This document shows positions 19,536 to 29,710 of a stretch of 64,000 nt of DNA, in pieces. The notes beneath the pieces were generated by a model. The model saw only the letters and a program-made list of their open reading frames with translations, was not told the DNA's origin and searched no databases. The DNA is from an uncultured Chloroflexia bacterium (GTDB taxonomy: Bacteria > Chloroflexota > Limnocylindria > QHBO01). The stretch lies in assembly GCA_963825525.1 (NCBI GenBank), contig CAWGTN010000002.1, positions 416,001 through 480,000 of the forward strand, in the 5' to 3' direction. A program made the translations under genes and the position numbers. Every line of letters begins with the position of its first letter. Positions within the stretch are counted from its first letter, which is position 1.

Positions 19536-20203
19536 CGAGCTCCTCCAGGCGAGCCACCATGGCGTCGACGCATTGGGTGACGTCCAGCCGGCCCGTGTCA
19601 AGCACCAGGGCATTCGGAGGAACGCGAAGCGGGGCCACGGCTCGCTCCGAGTCCGCCGCGTCGCGGTCCCGAATCTCGGCCAGGTATGCGGCGACGCGAT
19701 CCGGACGCCCCATCTCGTTCGCACGACGCGCGGCGCGGACCTCGGCATCGGCTGTCAGGAACACCTTGAGCGTCGCTTCGGGCAGCACCACGGTGCCGAT
19801 GTCGCGCCCGACCATGACCACGTCGCCGCGCATGCGCCGTCGCTCGCTGGACGCCGAGCATCGCCTCGCGAACCTCCGCGTGCCGGCTCACCGCACTGAC
19901 GGCCCGGTCCACGGGTGGGGTGCGGACCTCGAGCGTCACGTCGCGCCCCTCCAGCCGCACCGTCTCGAGACGGTCCACCTGGTGGGCTGCGGGCTTCTCG
20001 ACCGCGATCGCGCAGTCATTGGCGAGCCGTCCGAGTGCCGCGCCGTCATGCAGGTCAACCCCGCGCTCGAGAGCGGCGAGCGTCAGGGCCCGGTACATGA
20101 GCCCGGTGTCGACGAACGTGGCGTCGATGCGGCGCGCGAGCGCATGGCCCACCGTGCTCTTGCCTGCACCCGACGGGCCGTCGACGGCGATCGCCCGGCT
20201 CAT
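19528..20203 (-). CDS. cmk: Cytidylate kinase; +1 frameshift near 19834
   Basis: AVDGPSGAGKST, DTGLMYRA in the first frame; VMVGRDIGTVV, KVFLTA, RD..DSERAVAPL in the second. Confidence 0.92.
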
Positions 20204-20946
20204 CGGCGCCGAGCGCCGGAGAGCGACGCCACCTCGTCCGGCCTGAGGTCACGCCACTGCCCTGACGAGAGGCCGCTGAGGCGCAGCGGACCGATCCCGA
20301 TGCGGACCAGCCGATCCACGCCGGCGTCGAGGGCGGCGAACAGGCGCCGGACCTCTCGCTTCCTGCCCTCGCCGATGCGGACCTGGAGCCAGGCTCCCGA
20401 TTCATCCCGCTCGCGCTCCACCTCCCGCGGCGGCAGAGCGTACTTCGCATCGAGCACGTGGGCAGGGCCGTCATCAAGCTCCACGCCGACGCGGAGACGC
20501 TGGAGGTCCTCGCGGCTCGGGGGCGGATGCACCAGGACCGCGTACTCGCGAATCGTGCCGTAGCGCGGATGGAGAATGCGATTCGCCCACTCCCCGTCAT
20601 TCGTCAGGATCATCAGGCCCTCCGAATCAACATCCAGCCGTCCGGCCGGCCACAGACGTTCCCCGCCGGTGTCGACGAGCGACACGACCGAGCGACGCCC
20701 GCGCTCGTCGAAGGCGGAGCTGAGGAAGCCTCGCGGCTTGTGAATGGCCAGGTGAACAGCCCGACCGGCCGTCGGCAGGCGCTGGCCGTCAACCTCGACG
20801 CTGTCGACTGCGGGATCCGCCGATTGGCCGATCTGCGCGACCGTCCCATTGACTCGAACGCGGCCGTCCACGATGAGCTGCTCAGCCCCACGCCGCGAGG
20901 CAAGCCCGGCGCGCGCGATGAGCTTCTGAAGGCGCTCAGTCGCCAT
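20200..20946 (-). CDS. rluB: 23S rRNA pseudouridine synthase, RluB/RsuA family
   Basis: S4 domain ERLQKLIARAGLASRR; GRLDVDSEGL; EGRKREVRR. Confidence 0.9.
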   Translation of the reverse strand: MATERLQKLIARAGLASRRGAEQLIVDGRVRVNGTVAQIGQSADPAVDSVEVDGQRLPTAGRAVHLAIHKPRGFLSSAFDERGRRSVVSLVDTGGERLWPAGRLDVDSEGLMILTNDGEWANRILHPRYGTIREYAVLVHPPPSREDLQRLRVGVELDDGPAHVLDAKYALPPREVERERDESGAWLQVRIGEGRKREVRRLFAALDAGVDRLVRIGIGPLRLSGLSSGQWRDLRPDEVASLSGARRR

Positions 20947-21508
20947 CGGCCGAGACGGGCACTTCGGTGAGGGCGGCGAGCTGCGCCGCGTCGGATGAGA
21001 GCGGCGGCAGGTCCTCGAGCGACGTGAGGCCGAACCGCTCGAGGAATGTGAACGTGGTGCCGAACAGCACGGGCCGGCCGGGCGTGTCGCGGCGACCCAC
21101 CTCGACCACCAGCCGCCGATGCATGAGCGAGCGAATCACGTAGTCCGAGTCGACACCGCGGACGCGCTCCACGTCGGCGCGGGTGCACGGCTGGCGGTAG
21201 GCGACGACGGCGAGCGCCTCGAGGGACGCCGGCGACAGACGAGCCTCCTCGCGCGCGGCGTAGGCGGCAAGCCGGGCGCCGACCTCCGGCGCGGTCACGA
21301 GCTGCCACGCATCGTCGTGATGCTGAAGCCGAATCCCCCGCTCGTCCTCGTCGAGGCGCTCGGCCAATGCGGCGAGCGCCGCCTCGGCCTGCAGCCGCGG
21401 GACCTCGGCCAGGTCGCCGAGCTCGGCAGAGCTCAGCGGTCGCTCGGCGATGAAGAGCAGCGCCTCGAGGAACACGCCGAGCTCGTGCGGCATTCCGTCG
21501 TCACTCAT
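20936..21508 (-). CDS. scpB: SMC-Scp complex subunit ScpB
   Basis: LEALLF, LEALAVVAYRQP.TR, RGV, PGRP..FGTT..FLERFGL. Confidence 0.95.
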   Translation of the reverse strand: MSDDGMPHELGVFLEALLFIAERPLSSAELGDLAEVPRLQAEAALAALAERLDEDERGIRLQHHDDAWQLVTAPEVGARLAAYAAREEARLSPASLEALAVVAYRQPCTRADVERVRGVDSDYVIRSLMHRRLVVEVGRRDTPGRPVLFGTTFTFLERFGLTSLEDLPPLSSDAAQLAALTEVPVSADGD

Positions 21509-22299
21509 CGGCTCACCTCGGGCGCCATCTCGATGAGGATCGTGCCGAAGATGTCGTCCTGGTGGGCGGTCACCTGCCTGCGCCGGACGAGCTCGAGGGT
21601 GGCGAGGAAGGTGACGGCCGCCTCGGTGCGCGAGTGGCAGCGAGAGAGGATCGACTGCAGGATGACGCGGCCCCCCCGTCGCAGGGCCGCCCGCAGGACC
21701 TCGATCTGCTGGCCGATGGTGACCTCGCGCGCAACGATCTCGGGTGGCGGTGCCACCGGCTCGGGGATTGCGGCCAGCGTCTCGAGTGCGGCAACCAGCA
21801 CGCCGACCGGAAGGGGCTCGGATGGGGCCTCGGGCAGATCGGACTCGCGCGGCTCGCGACGCATGACCGGCGCGACGCCGTCCCTCGCCCCGAGTGCGAC
21901 CGCCGCGTCACGAAGGGCCCGGTATTCCAGGATTCGGCGACGGAGCTCGTCCTCATCGGGCTCGTCGAGTCCCTCGGGGATGGCAGGAAGCGGCTCGGCC
22001 GGCAGCATCCGCTTCGATTTCAAGAGAATGAGCTGGGCCGCAATCGCCACGAACTCGGACAGGTTGGCCGCGTCCACCGGATGCCGCGTCAGGTGCTCCA
22101 CGTACGCGTCGGCGACGTCGGCCAGCGGGACGGAGAGGATGTCGAGCTGGCGCGATTCGATGAGATGCAGGAGGAGCTGCAGAGGTCCCTCGAAGACCGG
22201 CAGCGCGATCGAAAACTCGCCGTCGCCGACAGATACCGCCACCGGGACCTGCGGCTCGACCGGGATGGCGCGACGCGAGGTTCCGTCAGCTGGCGTCAT
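21505..22299 (-). CDS. scpA: Segregation and condensation protein ScpA (kleisin)
   Basis: FEGPLQLLLHLI, LILLKSKRMLP, TFLATLEL. Confidence 0.94.
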   Translation of the reverse strand: MTPADGTSRRAIPVEPQVPVAVSVGDGEFSIALPVFEGPLQLLLHLIESRQLDILSVPLADVADAYVEHLTRHPVDAANLSEFVAIAAQLILLKSKRMLPAEPLPAIPEGLDEPDEDELRRRILEYRALRDAAVALGARDGVAPVMRREPRESDLPEAPSEPLPVGVLVAALETLAAIPEPVAPPPEIVAREVTIGQQIEVLRAALRRGGRVILQSILSRCHSRTEAAVTFLATLELVRRRQVTAHQDDIFGTILIEMAPEVSR

Positions 22300-22771
22300 C
22301 GGCCAGGCGCAGTGCGCGTAGCAGGGGCTCGTCCACGTCGGACACGGTACCGCGGATGAACCCGGACGCGCGCGGCCCACAGCCCGCGCTGCTCGCCAGG
22401 TCAGCCGACAGGGCGTCGTGGTTGAGATACAGCTCGAATCCGTAACGCCAGGAGGCCGGATCGTCGTGCGCCAGCCGCCGGAGAAGCGAGGGCGCCGCAG
22501 CCTCGAGCAGCACCCCGACAACCCTGTGCCAGAGCCGCATGCGATGTCCCTTGGCGGCATCGTGGAGAAGAGCCGCGGCCAGCAGGTCCGGATCGTCGTG
22601 GCCGGCACGCCGCAGCCTGGCGGCGACGTCCAGTGCATGGCGCCGGTCTGCGACCGGCATCCCCTCGAAGATGGCGGCGGCCCGATCGGGCAGTGCGCGT
22701 CGCACGAGGAGCGACTCCTCCGGTTCCACCCGCGCCCGCACGTGGGCGATGAACTGCCCGACCCTATGCAC
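22286..22771 (-). CDS. HD-domain protein
   Basis: RRHALDV...AALLHDAAK...H...ADD. Confidence 0.8.
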   Translation of the reverse strand: MHRVGQFIAHVRARVEPEESLLVRRALPDRAAAIFEGMPVADRRHALDVAARLRRAGHDDPDLLAAALLHDAAKGHRMRLWHRVVGVLLEAAAPSLLRRLAHDDPASWRYGFELYLNHDALSADLASSAGCGPRASGFIRGTVSDVDEPLLRALRLADDAS

Positions 22772-23381
22772 CGATCAGGACCCGCGTGATGGGAGCGGAG
22801 AGGCCAAGGAGCGCGCGCAGGGGGCTGCCCGGCAGGAAGATGAGGAGCAGGAGCACGATCACGCCATACGGTGCGTACCGCGCGATGAGCATCGCCTGCG
22901 GCGCCGGCAGATAGGCGAGGGCCACGTTGTAGCCGTCCAGCGGCGGGATCGGGAGCAGGTTGAAGATCGCCAGCAGGATGTTCAGCTGGACGATCAGCGC
23001 GACGAGGTTCGGCCCGAAGCCACCTTCGGCGCCCGACAGCGTGATGACGCGGTAGATGACCGCGAAGACGATGGCGACCGCGACATTGGCGAGCGGCCCT
23101 GCGAACGCGACCGTGGCCATCGAGCGTCGGCCGCCGCGCAATGCGGCGGGGTTGACCATGACAGGCTTTGCCCAGCCGAAGCCCGCGAACACGAGCATCA
23201 GCGCCCCGATCGGGTCGACGTGGGCGATCGGATTGAGCGTCAGGCGGCCCATCGCACGCGGCCGATGGTCTCCCAGCTCATCGGCAACGAACGCGTGACT
23301 GAACTCGTGGAATGTCAGCCCCACCAACAGGGCCACCGCCCCGGCGATCAGCCGCTCGAGCGAGATGTCGCCGAACAGCAT
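22764..23381 (-). CDS. Site-2 protease (M50, YwhC-like)
   Basis: HEFSH, GRLTLNP..HVD, GWAKPV, FNLLPIPPLDG. Confidence 0.93.
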   Translation of the reverse strand: MLFGDISLERLIAGAVALLVGLTFHEFSHAFVADELGDHRPRAMGRLTLNPIAHVDPIGALMLVFAGFGWAKPVMVNPAALRGGRRSMATVAFAGPLANVAVAIVFAVIYRVITLSGAEGGFGPNLVALIVQLNILLAIFNLLPIPPLDGYNVALAYLPAPQAMLIARYAPYGVIVLLLLIFLPGSPLRALLGLSAPITRVLIGA

Positions 23382-24265
23382 CAGACCAGCCGCGGAAGCA
23401 GGTCGCCCAGCAGCGTTACGAGCCGACCGGCACCCAGGCGACCCATCTCGATCACCTCGGCGTGCGTTGCGCCTTCCACCACGTCGTCCGTCGCCTTGTT
23501 CGTGATGAGGCTGAAGCCCAGGACCGTGCGGTCGGCATGCCGCGCCACCTCCGTCTCATGTGCCGTGCTCATCCCGACGGCATCCGCCCCCAGCCCGCGC
23601 AGCATCCGCATCTCGGCCCTCGTCTCGTAGGCGGGTCCCGAGAGCATGACGTACACCCCCTGGCGCAGCGGCACCCCGGTTGCGTCCGCGGCGGCGAGGG
23701 CGGCGGACCGCAGCTCGGGATCGTATGCGTCCGTCATGGGTGGGAAGCGTGGCCCAAAGCGGTCGAGGTTCGGGCCGAGGAGCGGGTTCTCGCCCGACAG
23801 GTTGATGTGATCGGTGATCAGCATCACGTCCCCAGGCTCGAAATCGGGATCGAGACCGCCGGCGGCGTTGGTGAGCACCACGATGTCGGCGCCGAGCGCG
23901 ATCACGGCCCGCAGCAGGATGGTCGCCTCCCGATGGGAGTAGCCCTCGTACGGATGTGCTCGGCCCGAGAGCACCATGACCGGCATCTCTCCCACCGTAC
24001 CGGCGATCAGCTCACCGGCGTGGCCCTCGACGCCAGCGGGAGGGAGGTGCGGAATCTCACGGTACGGGATCCGCTGTCGTCCTTCGGGAGCGAGGAGCTC
24101 GGAAACGCCGCCGAGGCCCGAACCGAGGACCGCCACGACACGCGGGCGTGCCAGGGCCGGGGTTGCCGTGAGCCGCTCCTCGATCGCCTCGCTGGCCTCG
24201 CGGATCCGCCGATCGAGCTCGGGACCGTGGATCCCGTCGGGAAGCGCGCCGAGGTCCGTCACCAC
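23381..24265 (-). CDS. punA: Purine-nucleoside phosphorylase (trimeric type)
   Basis: VLGSGLG, GHAG, GR.H.YEG, TNAAGG, GPAYET.AE, GADAVGMST. Confidence 0.94.
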   Translation of the reverse strand: MVTDLGALPDGIHGPELDRRIREASEAIEERLTATPALARPRVVAVLGSGLGGVSELLAPEGRQRIPYREIPHLPPAGVEGHAGELIAGTVGEMPVMVLSGRAHPYEGYSHREATILLRAVIALGADIVVLTNAAGGLDPDFEPGDVMLITDHINLSGENPLLGPNLDRFGPRFPPMTDAYDPELRSAALAAADATGVPLRQGVYVMLSGPAYETRAEMRMLRGLGADAVGMSTAHETEVARHADRTVLGFSLITNKATDDVVEGATHAEVIEMGRLGAGRLVTLLGDLLPRLV

Positions 24266-24269
24266 CCGG

Positions 24270-25073
24270 CTACATCCGCTCCAGCAGATCGCGTTTCTTG
24301 GCCTCGTATTCGTCGGACGTGATGAGGCCCTTGTCGCGCAGGCCGGCCAGGCGTTCGAGCGTCACCGCGAGCTCATCCGCCGGGCTGCGCGGCTCTGCCG
24401 GCGCGGTGAGCGGGGCACTCGGATCGGCCGTGGGTGCAGCCTCGCTGTCGTGCACCGCCACGCGATCCGACCCCGCCCGCGGGGCCATCGGCTCGGCTCG
24501 CTGCATCTCGGCCACGGCAGCCGTGGACTGGTAGCGGGGGCGGGCGAGGTCCGGGCGCTCAAGCATTTCCTTCTGGTCGAGCATCGCCTTCTTGAACTCG
24601 ATCGGGTCGGCGATCATCGGGAAATCGGCGACGTTCGAGCCGCTCACGGCCTCCTCGGCAGCCGTCAGGATGTCGAGCGTGCCGAAGCCGAAGATGCGCC
24701 CGAAGACACTCTGGTCGAGCCGCGCGTCGTTGATCTTCTCGAGGCTGGAGTCGGACATGCTCTTGTTCAGGACGCCTTCGGCCCGGATGACGCGGCGAGT
24801 GGTGATCAGCCACTCCTGGTTGCGCCAGTCCCAGAACACGAAGGCCACCCAGGCCGCCGCTCCGATGAGTGTCGCGACCGCGATGATGGTCAGGATGCCG
24901 TCGACGGTTTCGTTGGCCACCACGCCGTTCGAGCCCATCCACAGGATGAGCGCCAGCGCCACGATGGCGAGCACGATCCACAGCCACGTCCGCGCGATGA
25001 CCGCAAACCAGTGCTGGCGGCTCTCGTGGACGACCTCTTCCCCGCGACTCAGGAGGTTCCGGGCGTAACTCAT
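24270..25073 (-). CDS. Membrane protein with bacterial PH (bPH_2) domain and C-terminal SHOCT
   Basis: 2 TM helices, ITTRRVI..GVL...GRIFGFGTL; LERLAGLRDKGLITSDEYEAKKRDLL. Confidence 0.85.
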   Translation of the reverse strand: MSYARNLLSRGEEVVHESRQHWFAVIARTWLWIVLAIVALALILWMGSNGVVANETVDGILTIIAVATLIGAAAWVAFVFWDWRNQEWLITTRRVIRAEGVLNKSMSDSSLEKINDARLDQSVFGRIFGFGTLDILTAAEEAVSGSNVADFPMIADPIEFKKAMLDQKEMLERPDLARPRYQSTAAVAEMQRAEPMAPRAGSDRVAVHDSEAAPTADPSAPLTAPAEPRSPADELAVTLERLAGLRDKGLITSDEYEAKKRDLLERM

Positions 25074-25093
25074 CGGCTTGGTGCGCTCCGCTT

Positions 25094-26017
25094 TCAGGCT
25101 CTCGGATGGGCCCGCGAGTAGACCTCGCGGACACGCTCGCCGGTCAGGTGGGTGTAGAGCTGGGTGGTGCTGATGCTAGCATGGCCGAGCAGCGCCTGGA
25201 CCACTCGCAGATCCGCTCCGCCTTCGAGCAGATGGGTCGCGAAACTGTGGCGAAACGTGTGCGGAGTCACGTGGCCGCCCACCCCCGCGGCCTCTGTCCA
25301 GCGCCGGACCAGCCGCCACACCGACTCACGACCCACCCGCGTGCCGCGCGGCCCCACGAAGACCGCCGGCGTCGGTCGCCCCGCCGTCCACTCGGTGCGC
25401 GGTCCTGACCGATAGCGGTGCAACCGCTCGCGCGCTTCGTCCCCCATCGGCACCCGCCGTTCCTTGTTGCCCTTGCCGATGACCCGCACCTGCTGGCTCG
25501 CGAGATCAACGCGATCGGTGTCCAGCCCCACGAGCTCGCTGACCCGCAGCCCGCACGCGTACAGCAGCTCCATGATCGCCCGGTCCCGGATGCCCATCGG
25601 ATCATCGGCCGGCGGGGCATCCAGGATGCGCACCACGTCGTCCGGTGCGAGGACATCCGGCAGGTAGCTGCCCGGGCGCGGCGCGTCGACGAGGGCGGGC
25701 ACGTCGCGGGTCGCCAGGCCCTCACGCAGGGCGAACCGATAGAAGCTGCGCACGGCGGCACTCTTGCGCGCCTGGGTGCTCCCACGCGCTCCCTGTTCCT
25801 GAAGCCTCCGCACGAACTCGACGAGCGGCCCGGAATCGTCGCGCCAGCGCGTCTCGGCTCGCTCGCCAAACTGCGCGAGATCGCGTCGATAGGCCGCGAT
25901 GGTCAATGGCGACAGGCCCCGCTCGACCCGCAGCTCCAGCAGGAATGCCTCGATCGCCGATTCAAGGGCCGGATCGAGGGCCGGGTCAACGGCCAGGTCG
26001 GGCGCCGAGTCAGGCAT
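25094..26017 (-). CDS. xerD: Tyrosine recombinase XerD
   Basis: RDRAIMELLYACGLRVSEL, GKGNKER, TPHTFRHSFATHLLEGGADLR.VQ.LLGH...TTQLYTH; follows recN. Confidence 0.88.
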   Translation of the reverse strand: MPDSAPDLAVDPALDPALESAIEAFLLELRVERGLSPLTIAAYRRDLAQFGERAETRWRDDSGPLVEFVRRLQEQGARGSTQARKSAAVRSFYRFALREGLATRDVPALVDAPRPGSYLPDVLAPDDVVRILDAPPADDPMGIRDRAIMELLYACGLRVSELVGLDTDRVDLASQQVRVIGKGNKERRVPMGDEARERLHRYRSGPRTEWTAGRPTPAVFVGPRGTRVGRESVWRLVRRWTEAAGVGGHVTPHTFRHSFATHLLEGGADLRVVQALLGHASISTTQLYTHLTGERVREVYSRAHPRA

Positions 26018-27683
26018 CGACGCCGGCTGTCGCCGCCGCCCGCAGCAGCGCATCGGCGGCGGCCCGCGCCTCGGTGCCCGGTTCAGCTCCCCCGAGCATG
26101 GCGGCGAGCTCCGCGGCGCGTGCCGGCCGGTCGAGAACCTCGGCATACGTCGTGGTGCGGTCGCCTCGAATTCGCTTTCCGACAACGATGTGTGTGTCTG
26201 CCAGTGCCGCGACCTGCGGCAGGTGGGTCACGCACAGCACCTGGTGATAGCGGCTCAGGGCGCGCAATCGCTCTCCCAGGGCCGCGGCATTTCGGCCACC
26301 AACACCAGCATCGACTTCGTCGAACACCAGCAGCGGCGTATCGTCCGCGGCGGCCAGCACGACCTCGAGAGCCAGTGACAGGCGGCTTGCCTCGCCTCCC
26401 GACGCGATCCGGGCCAGCGGACGAGGCGGCTCACCTCGATTCGGCGCGAAGGTGAACACGACTCGATCCGCGCCGTCGGGTCCGACGTCGGATGCTTCCC
26501 GATCGATCCCGAATGCCCCGCCTTCGATGCCCAGTGGAGGCAGCTCGGCATTGACGTGCGCGCTCAACCGGGTGGCCGCTTCGACTCGAGCGGCCGACAG
26601 CCCCTCGGCCGCGGCGGACAGCTCCGATCGACGCGCGGCCTCCTCGACGCGCAGGCGCTCGCGCGCCCCTTCCTGGTTCTCGAGTGCCTCGAGCTCGGCC
26701 GCCGCCGCGTCGCCGAACGCCACCACCGCCTCGAGCGACTCGCCGTACTTGCGGCGCAGCTCGTAGAGGAGCGCGAGCCGCTCCTCTGCCGCTGCCCGGC
26801 TCCCCGGGTCGAGATCCACCGCCTCTGCCAGGCCGCTGGCATCGCGCGCCAGCTCCGCTGCCTCGGCCACCAGCGCCGACGCGCGATCGACCAGGGGTAC
26901 GAAGCGCTCGTCGTGCTGCGCCGCGGTCGCCAGGTCGCGTTCGGCGGCGCCCAGGACATCGGTGGCGCCGGAATCCTCGCGCAGCGCCGCAGCGGCCGAG
27001 GTCGCCGAGCGGGCGATCGTTTCCGCATGCTCGGCAGCGCGCAGCTGCGCCTCGAGCTCCGCGTCCTCGCCGATCCGGGGGGCCGCCGCGCCTATCTCCT
27101 CGGCCTGGTGGCGCAGCAGCTCAACGCGGCGTGCCAGCTCGTGGGCATCGGTCAGCAGTTCGGCGGAGGCAGCCACGGTTGCCCGCCACGCCCGGAATCG
27201 ATCACTCACCACGGCCCGGGCGGCGTCGAGGCCGCCGAATCCGTCAAGCAGGGCCAGCTGGCGGGCCGGCTGCAGAAGGCGCTGCTGGTCGTGCTGGCCG
27301 TGGATCTCGCCGAGATGCGCCCCGATGGCGGCCAACCCCCCGACCGTGACGGTCCGGTCGTTGACCCTCACGATCGAGCGACCGTCCGCACCCACCTCGC
27401 GGCGAATGACGACGCTCCCCTCTCCCGCCGCGACCACATCATGCATGGCGTGGTCGTCGGGCATTGCCGGCGCGTCGAAGATCGCCTCGACCCGCGCCGC
27501 ATCCGTCCCGGAGCGCACCTGGTCGGTGGCAGCTCGGGCGCCGAGCACGAGTGCCACGGCATCGACCACCAACGACTTACCCGCGCCGGTCTCGCCGGTC
27601 AGGACCGTGAAGCCGTCGCGAAGTGGCAGCCGTACCGATTCCACGACCGCCAGGTTCTCTACGGTCAGCTCACGAAGTGCCAT
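26010..27683 (-). CDS. recN: DNA repair protein RecN
   Basis: TGETGAGKS, EIHGQHD, ASGGE.SR, FDEVDAG, VTHLPQVAA. Confidence 0.97.
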   Translation of the reverse strand: MALRELTVENLAVVESVRLPLRDGFTVLTGETGAGKSLVVDAVALVLGARAATDQVRSGTDAARVEAIFDAPAMPDDHAMHDVVAAGEGSVVIRREVGADGRSIVRVNDRTVTVGGLAAIGAHLGEIHGQHDQQRLLQPARQLALLDGFGGLDAARAVVSDRFRAWRATVAASAELLTDAHELARRVELLRHQAEEIGAAAPRIGEDAELEAQLRAAEHAETIARSATSAAAALREDSGATDVLGAAERDLATAAQHDERFVPLVDRASALVAEAAELARDASGLAEAVDLDPGSRAAAEERLALLYELRRKYGESLEAVVAFGDAAAAELEALENQEGARERLRVEEAARRSELSAAAEGLSAARVEAATRLSAHVNAELPPLGIEGGAFGIDREASDVGPDGADRVVFTFAPNRGEPPRPLARIASGGEASRLSLALEVVLAAADDTPLLVFDEVDAGVGGRNAAALGERLRALSRYHQVLCVTHLPQVAALADTHIVVGKRIRGDRTTTYAEVLDRPARAAELAAMLGGAEPGTEARAAADALLRAAATAGVDA

Positions 27684-28531
27684 CAGTACGGCAGCAACCC
27701 TGCCTTCGTGCGCAGCAGGTCGTAGAACGGAGTCGCACCGGTCGGCTCGAGCAACCTGAGGGGCTCGGCAAGGGCCCGAACGTCAACGCGATCCCCCGGA
27801 TGCAGCTCCTCGTCCCACTGCCCGTCGATGCTGACGATGGCGGGGTCCGCCGCCTCTCGCAGGGTCAGGGTCACGACCTGGTCCTCGCCCGCCACCACGC
27901 TGTGGAGTGGGGAGAGATAGCTCGCCACCGGCGTGATGATCATGTTGCGCAGCCGGGGGTCGAGAATCGATCCGCCGGCGCTGAAGCTGTAGGCGGTCGA
28001 GCCGGTTGGTGTGGCGACCACGACGGCATCGGCGACGTAGGTCGCCAGGTGGCTGCCCGAGACCTCCACCTCGAGCCGGATCATCCGAACGCGACGCCCC
28101 CTGGCCACGACGACCTCGTTCAGGCAGGCGTGGCTGGCGCCGGCCGATCCATCGGCGTGCACGATGGACGCCTCGATCCGAAACCGCTCCTCGATCGAGA
28201 AGTCGCCGCTGGCGACCTGGTCGAGCGCGCCCTCGAGACCCTCGGTCTCGACCTTGGCCAGGAAGCCAACACGGCCGAGGTTGATGCCCAGGGCCGGGAC
28301 GCCGGTCTCGCCGATCGCCCGGGCACCACGCAGGAACGTGCCGTCACCCCCCAGCACGCAGACGAGATCCGTCCCGGCGCCGCACCCCGCCTCGATCACG
28401 TCGCGGTCCTCCGCCCGGGCATCCCAGGCGTCGACGCCATGGGCGGCACACCACTGGTGGGCTCGTTCGAGAACGGCTCGAGCCTCCGCGTTGTACGGGT
28501 TGAAGACGAAGCCGATGCGCCGCAGGTCCAT
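27683..28531 (-). CDS. nadK: NAD kinase
   Basis: GGDGTFL, GINLGRVGFL, LNE, ATPTGSTAYSFSAGG. Confidence 0.96.
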   Translation of the reverse strand: MDLRRIGFVFNPYNAEARAVLERAHQWCAAHGVDAWDARAEDRDVIEAGCGAGTDLVCVLGGDGTFLRGARAIGETGVPALGINLGRVGFLAKVETEGLEGALDQVASGDFSIEERFRIEASIVHADGSAGASHACLNEVVVARGRRVRMIRLEVEVSGSHLATYVADAVVVATPTGSTAYSFSAGGSILDPRLRNMIITPVASYLSPLHSVVAGEDQVVTLTLREAADPAIVSIDGQWDEELHPGDRVDVRALAEPLRLLEPTGATPFYDLLRTKAGLLPY

Positions 28532-28887
28532 CAACCCTCCTGGCCCGCGTCGCTACCGCGCAGCAGACGAGCGAGAGCGTCGATCCGCTCGGTGAGCGCC
28601 GCGAGCTCGGTCGAGACCTCCCGCGGGCCAGCGCCCTCGCGAACCGCCGCGTACGAGCGGTCGAGCCCCGCGGCGATCAGGGCTCGCATCAGGCTGGATG
28701 GCGACACGCCGCGAATCCTGGCGGCCTCCTCGACCCGCTCGAGCAGGGCGTCGGGCATGCGGAGGCTGACGATCTGGCGCATCGTGTCAGGCGCGGGCTC
28801 GTGGACGGGCGGCTCCACGACCTCGATTCCCTCGAAGCCGATGCCGAGCTGCTCGATCGGCGGCGACGCCGCGGCTCTGCGCTTCAC
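28531..28887 (-). CDS. Ribbon-helix-helix (CopG-like) DNA-binding protein
   Basis: QIVSLRMPDALLERVEEAARIRGVSPSSLMRALI; C-terminal coiled coil; stop overlaps nadK ATG. Confidence 0.72.
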   Translation of the reverse strand: MKRRAAASPPIEQLGIGFEGIEVVEPPVHEPAPDTMRQIVSLRMPDALLERVEEAARIRGVSPSSLMRALIAAGLDRSYAAVREGAGPREVSTELAALTERIDALARLLRGSDAGQEG

Positions 28888-28924
28888 CCCGTGATCGTAG
28901 TACGCGCGTCGTACAGCCGTGGCC

Positions 28925-29704
28925 TCAGGTCGTCTCGACCATCTTGAGGATCCACTCCGCCCACTCGTCGTCATCGCCTGGCTGGGTCCGCAGCTCCACG
29001 AGAAACTCGACGTTGCCGTCCGCGCCGGTGATCGGCGAGCGGATCACGTTCCAGGGATGGAGATCAACGTCCTCGGCCGCAGACGCCACGTCGCGCAGGA
29101 CACGCTCCCAGACCGCCCGATCGCGGACCACGCCCCCGCGCGGGACGTCATCGCGGCCGGCTTCGAACTGGGGCTTGACCAGGGCCACGACGCGGGCCCG
29201 ATCGGCCATCAACGCTCGCACTGCCGGAAAGACGAGCGCCAGGCCGATGAAACTCAGATCCAGCGTCACCAGGTCGATCGGCTCAGGAAGCTGACGGAGC
29301 TCGCGAAGGTTCGTGCGCTCCATGCTCACGACCCGCGGGTCGTCGCGCAGGCGCTGGATGAGCTGGGCTCGGCCCACGTCCACGGCGTAGACCACCCGGG
29401 CGCCCCGGGCAAGCAGAACGTCGGTGAAGCCGCCGGTCGATGCGCCGGCATCCAGGGTTGCCAGCCCGGTCGGGTCGATGGCGAAGGCATCCAGCGCACG
29501 ATCGAGCTTCGCCCCCGCTCGACTGGCCCAGCGGGGCTTCTCGGCGATCGTCACCTCGGCATCGCTCGCCACGAGCTGTCCGGGCTTCAGGCGTCGTGTC
29601 CCGCCGAGCTCGACGTCCCCGGCATGGATGAGCGATTGCGCTTCAGCCCGCGAGCGCGCGAGGCCACGTTCGTGAAGCAGCTGGTCGAGGCGCAGACGAG
29701 GCAT
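28925..29704 (-). CDS. tlyA: TlyA rRNA 2'-O-methyltransferase
   Basis: S4 domain RLDQLL, SRAGAKL, DAGASTGGFTD, DLSFI, LVKPQFE, GNVEF. Confidence 0.95.
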   Translation of the reverse strand: MPRLRLDQLLHERGLARSRAEAQSLIHAGDVELGGTRRLKPGQLVASDAEVTIAEKPRWASRAGAKLDRALDAFAIDPTGLATLDAGASTGGFTDVLLARGARVVYAVDVGRAQLIQRLRDDPRVVSMERTNLRELRQLPEPIDLVTLDLSFIGLALVFPAVRALMADRARVVALVKPQFEAGRDDVPRGGVVRDRAVWERVLRDVASAAEDVDLHPWNVIRSPITGADGNVEFLVELRTQPGDDDEWAEWILKMVETT

Positions 29705-29710
29705 GCTGCG

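Noticed and set aside
25094-26017. Tyrosine recombinases (also 60412-61386) as integrases of mobile elements
   Set aside because: Both have XerC/D motifs and canonical neighbours (recN, topA); no att repeats or cargo, and no dif site recognised
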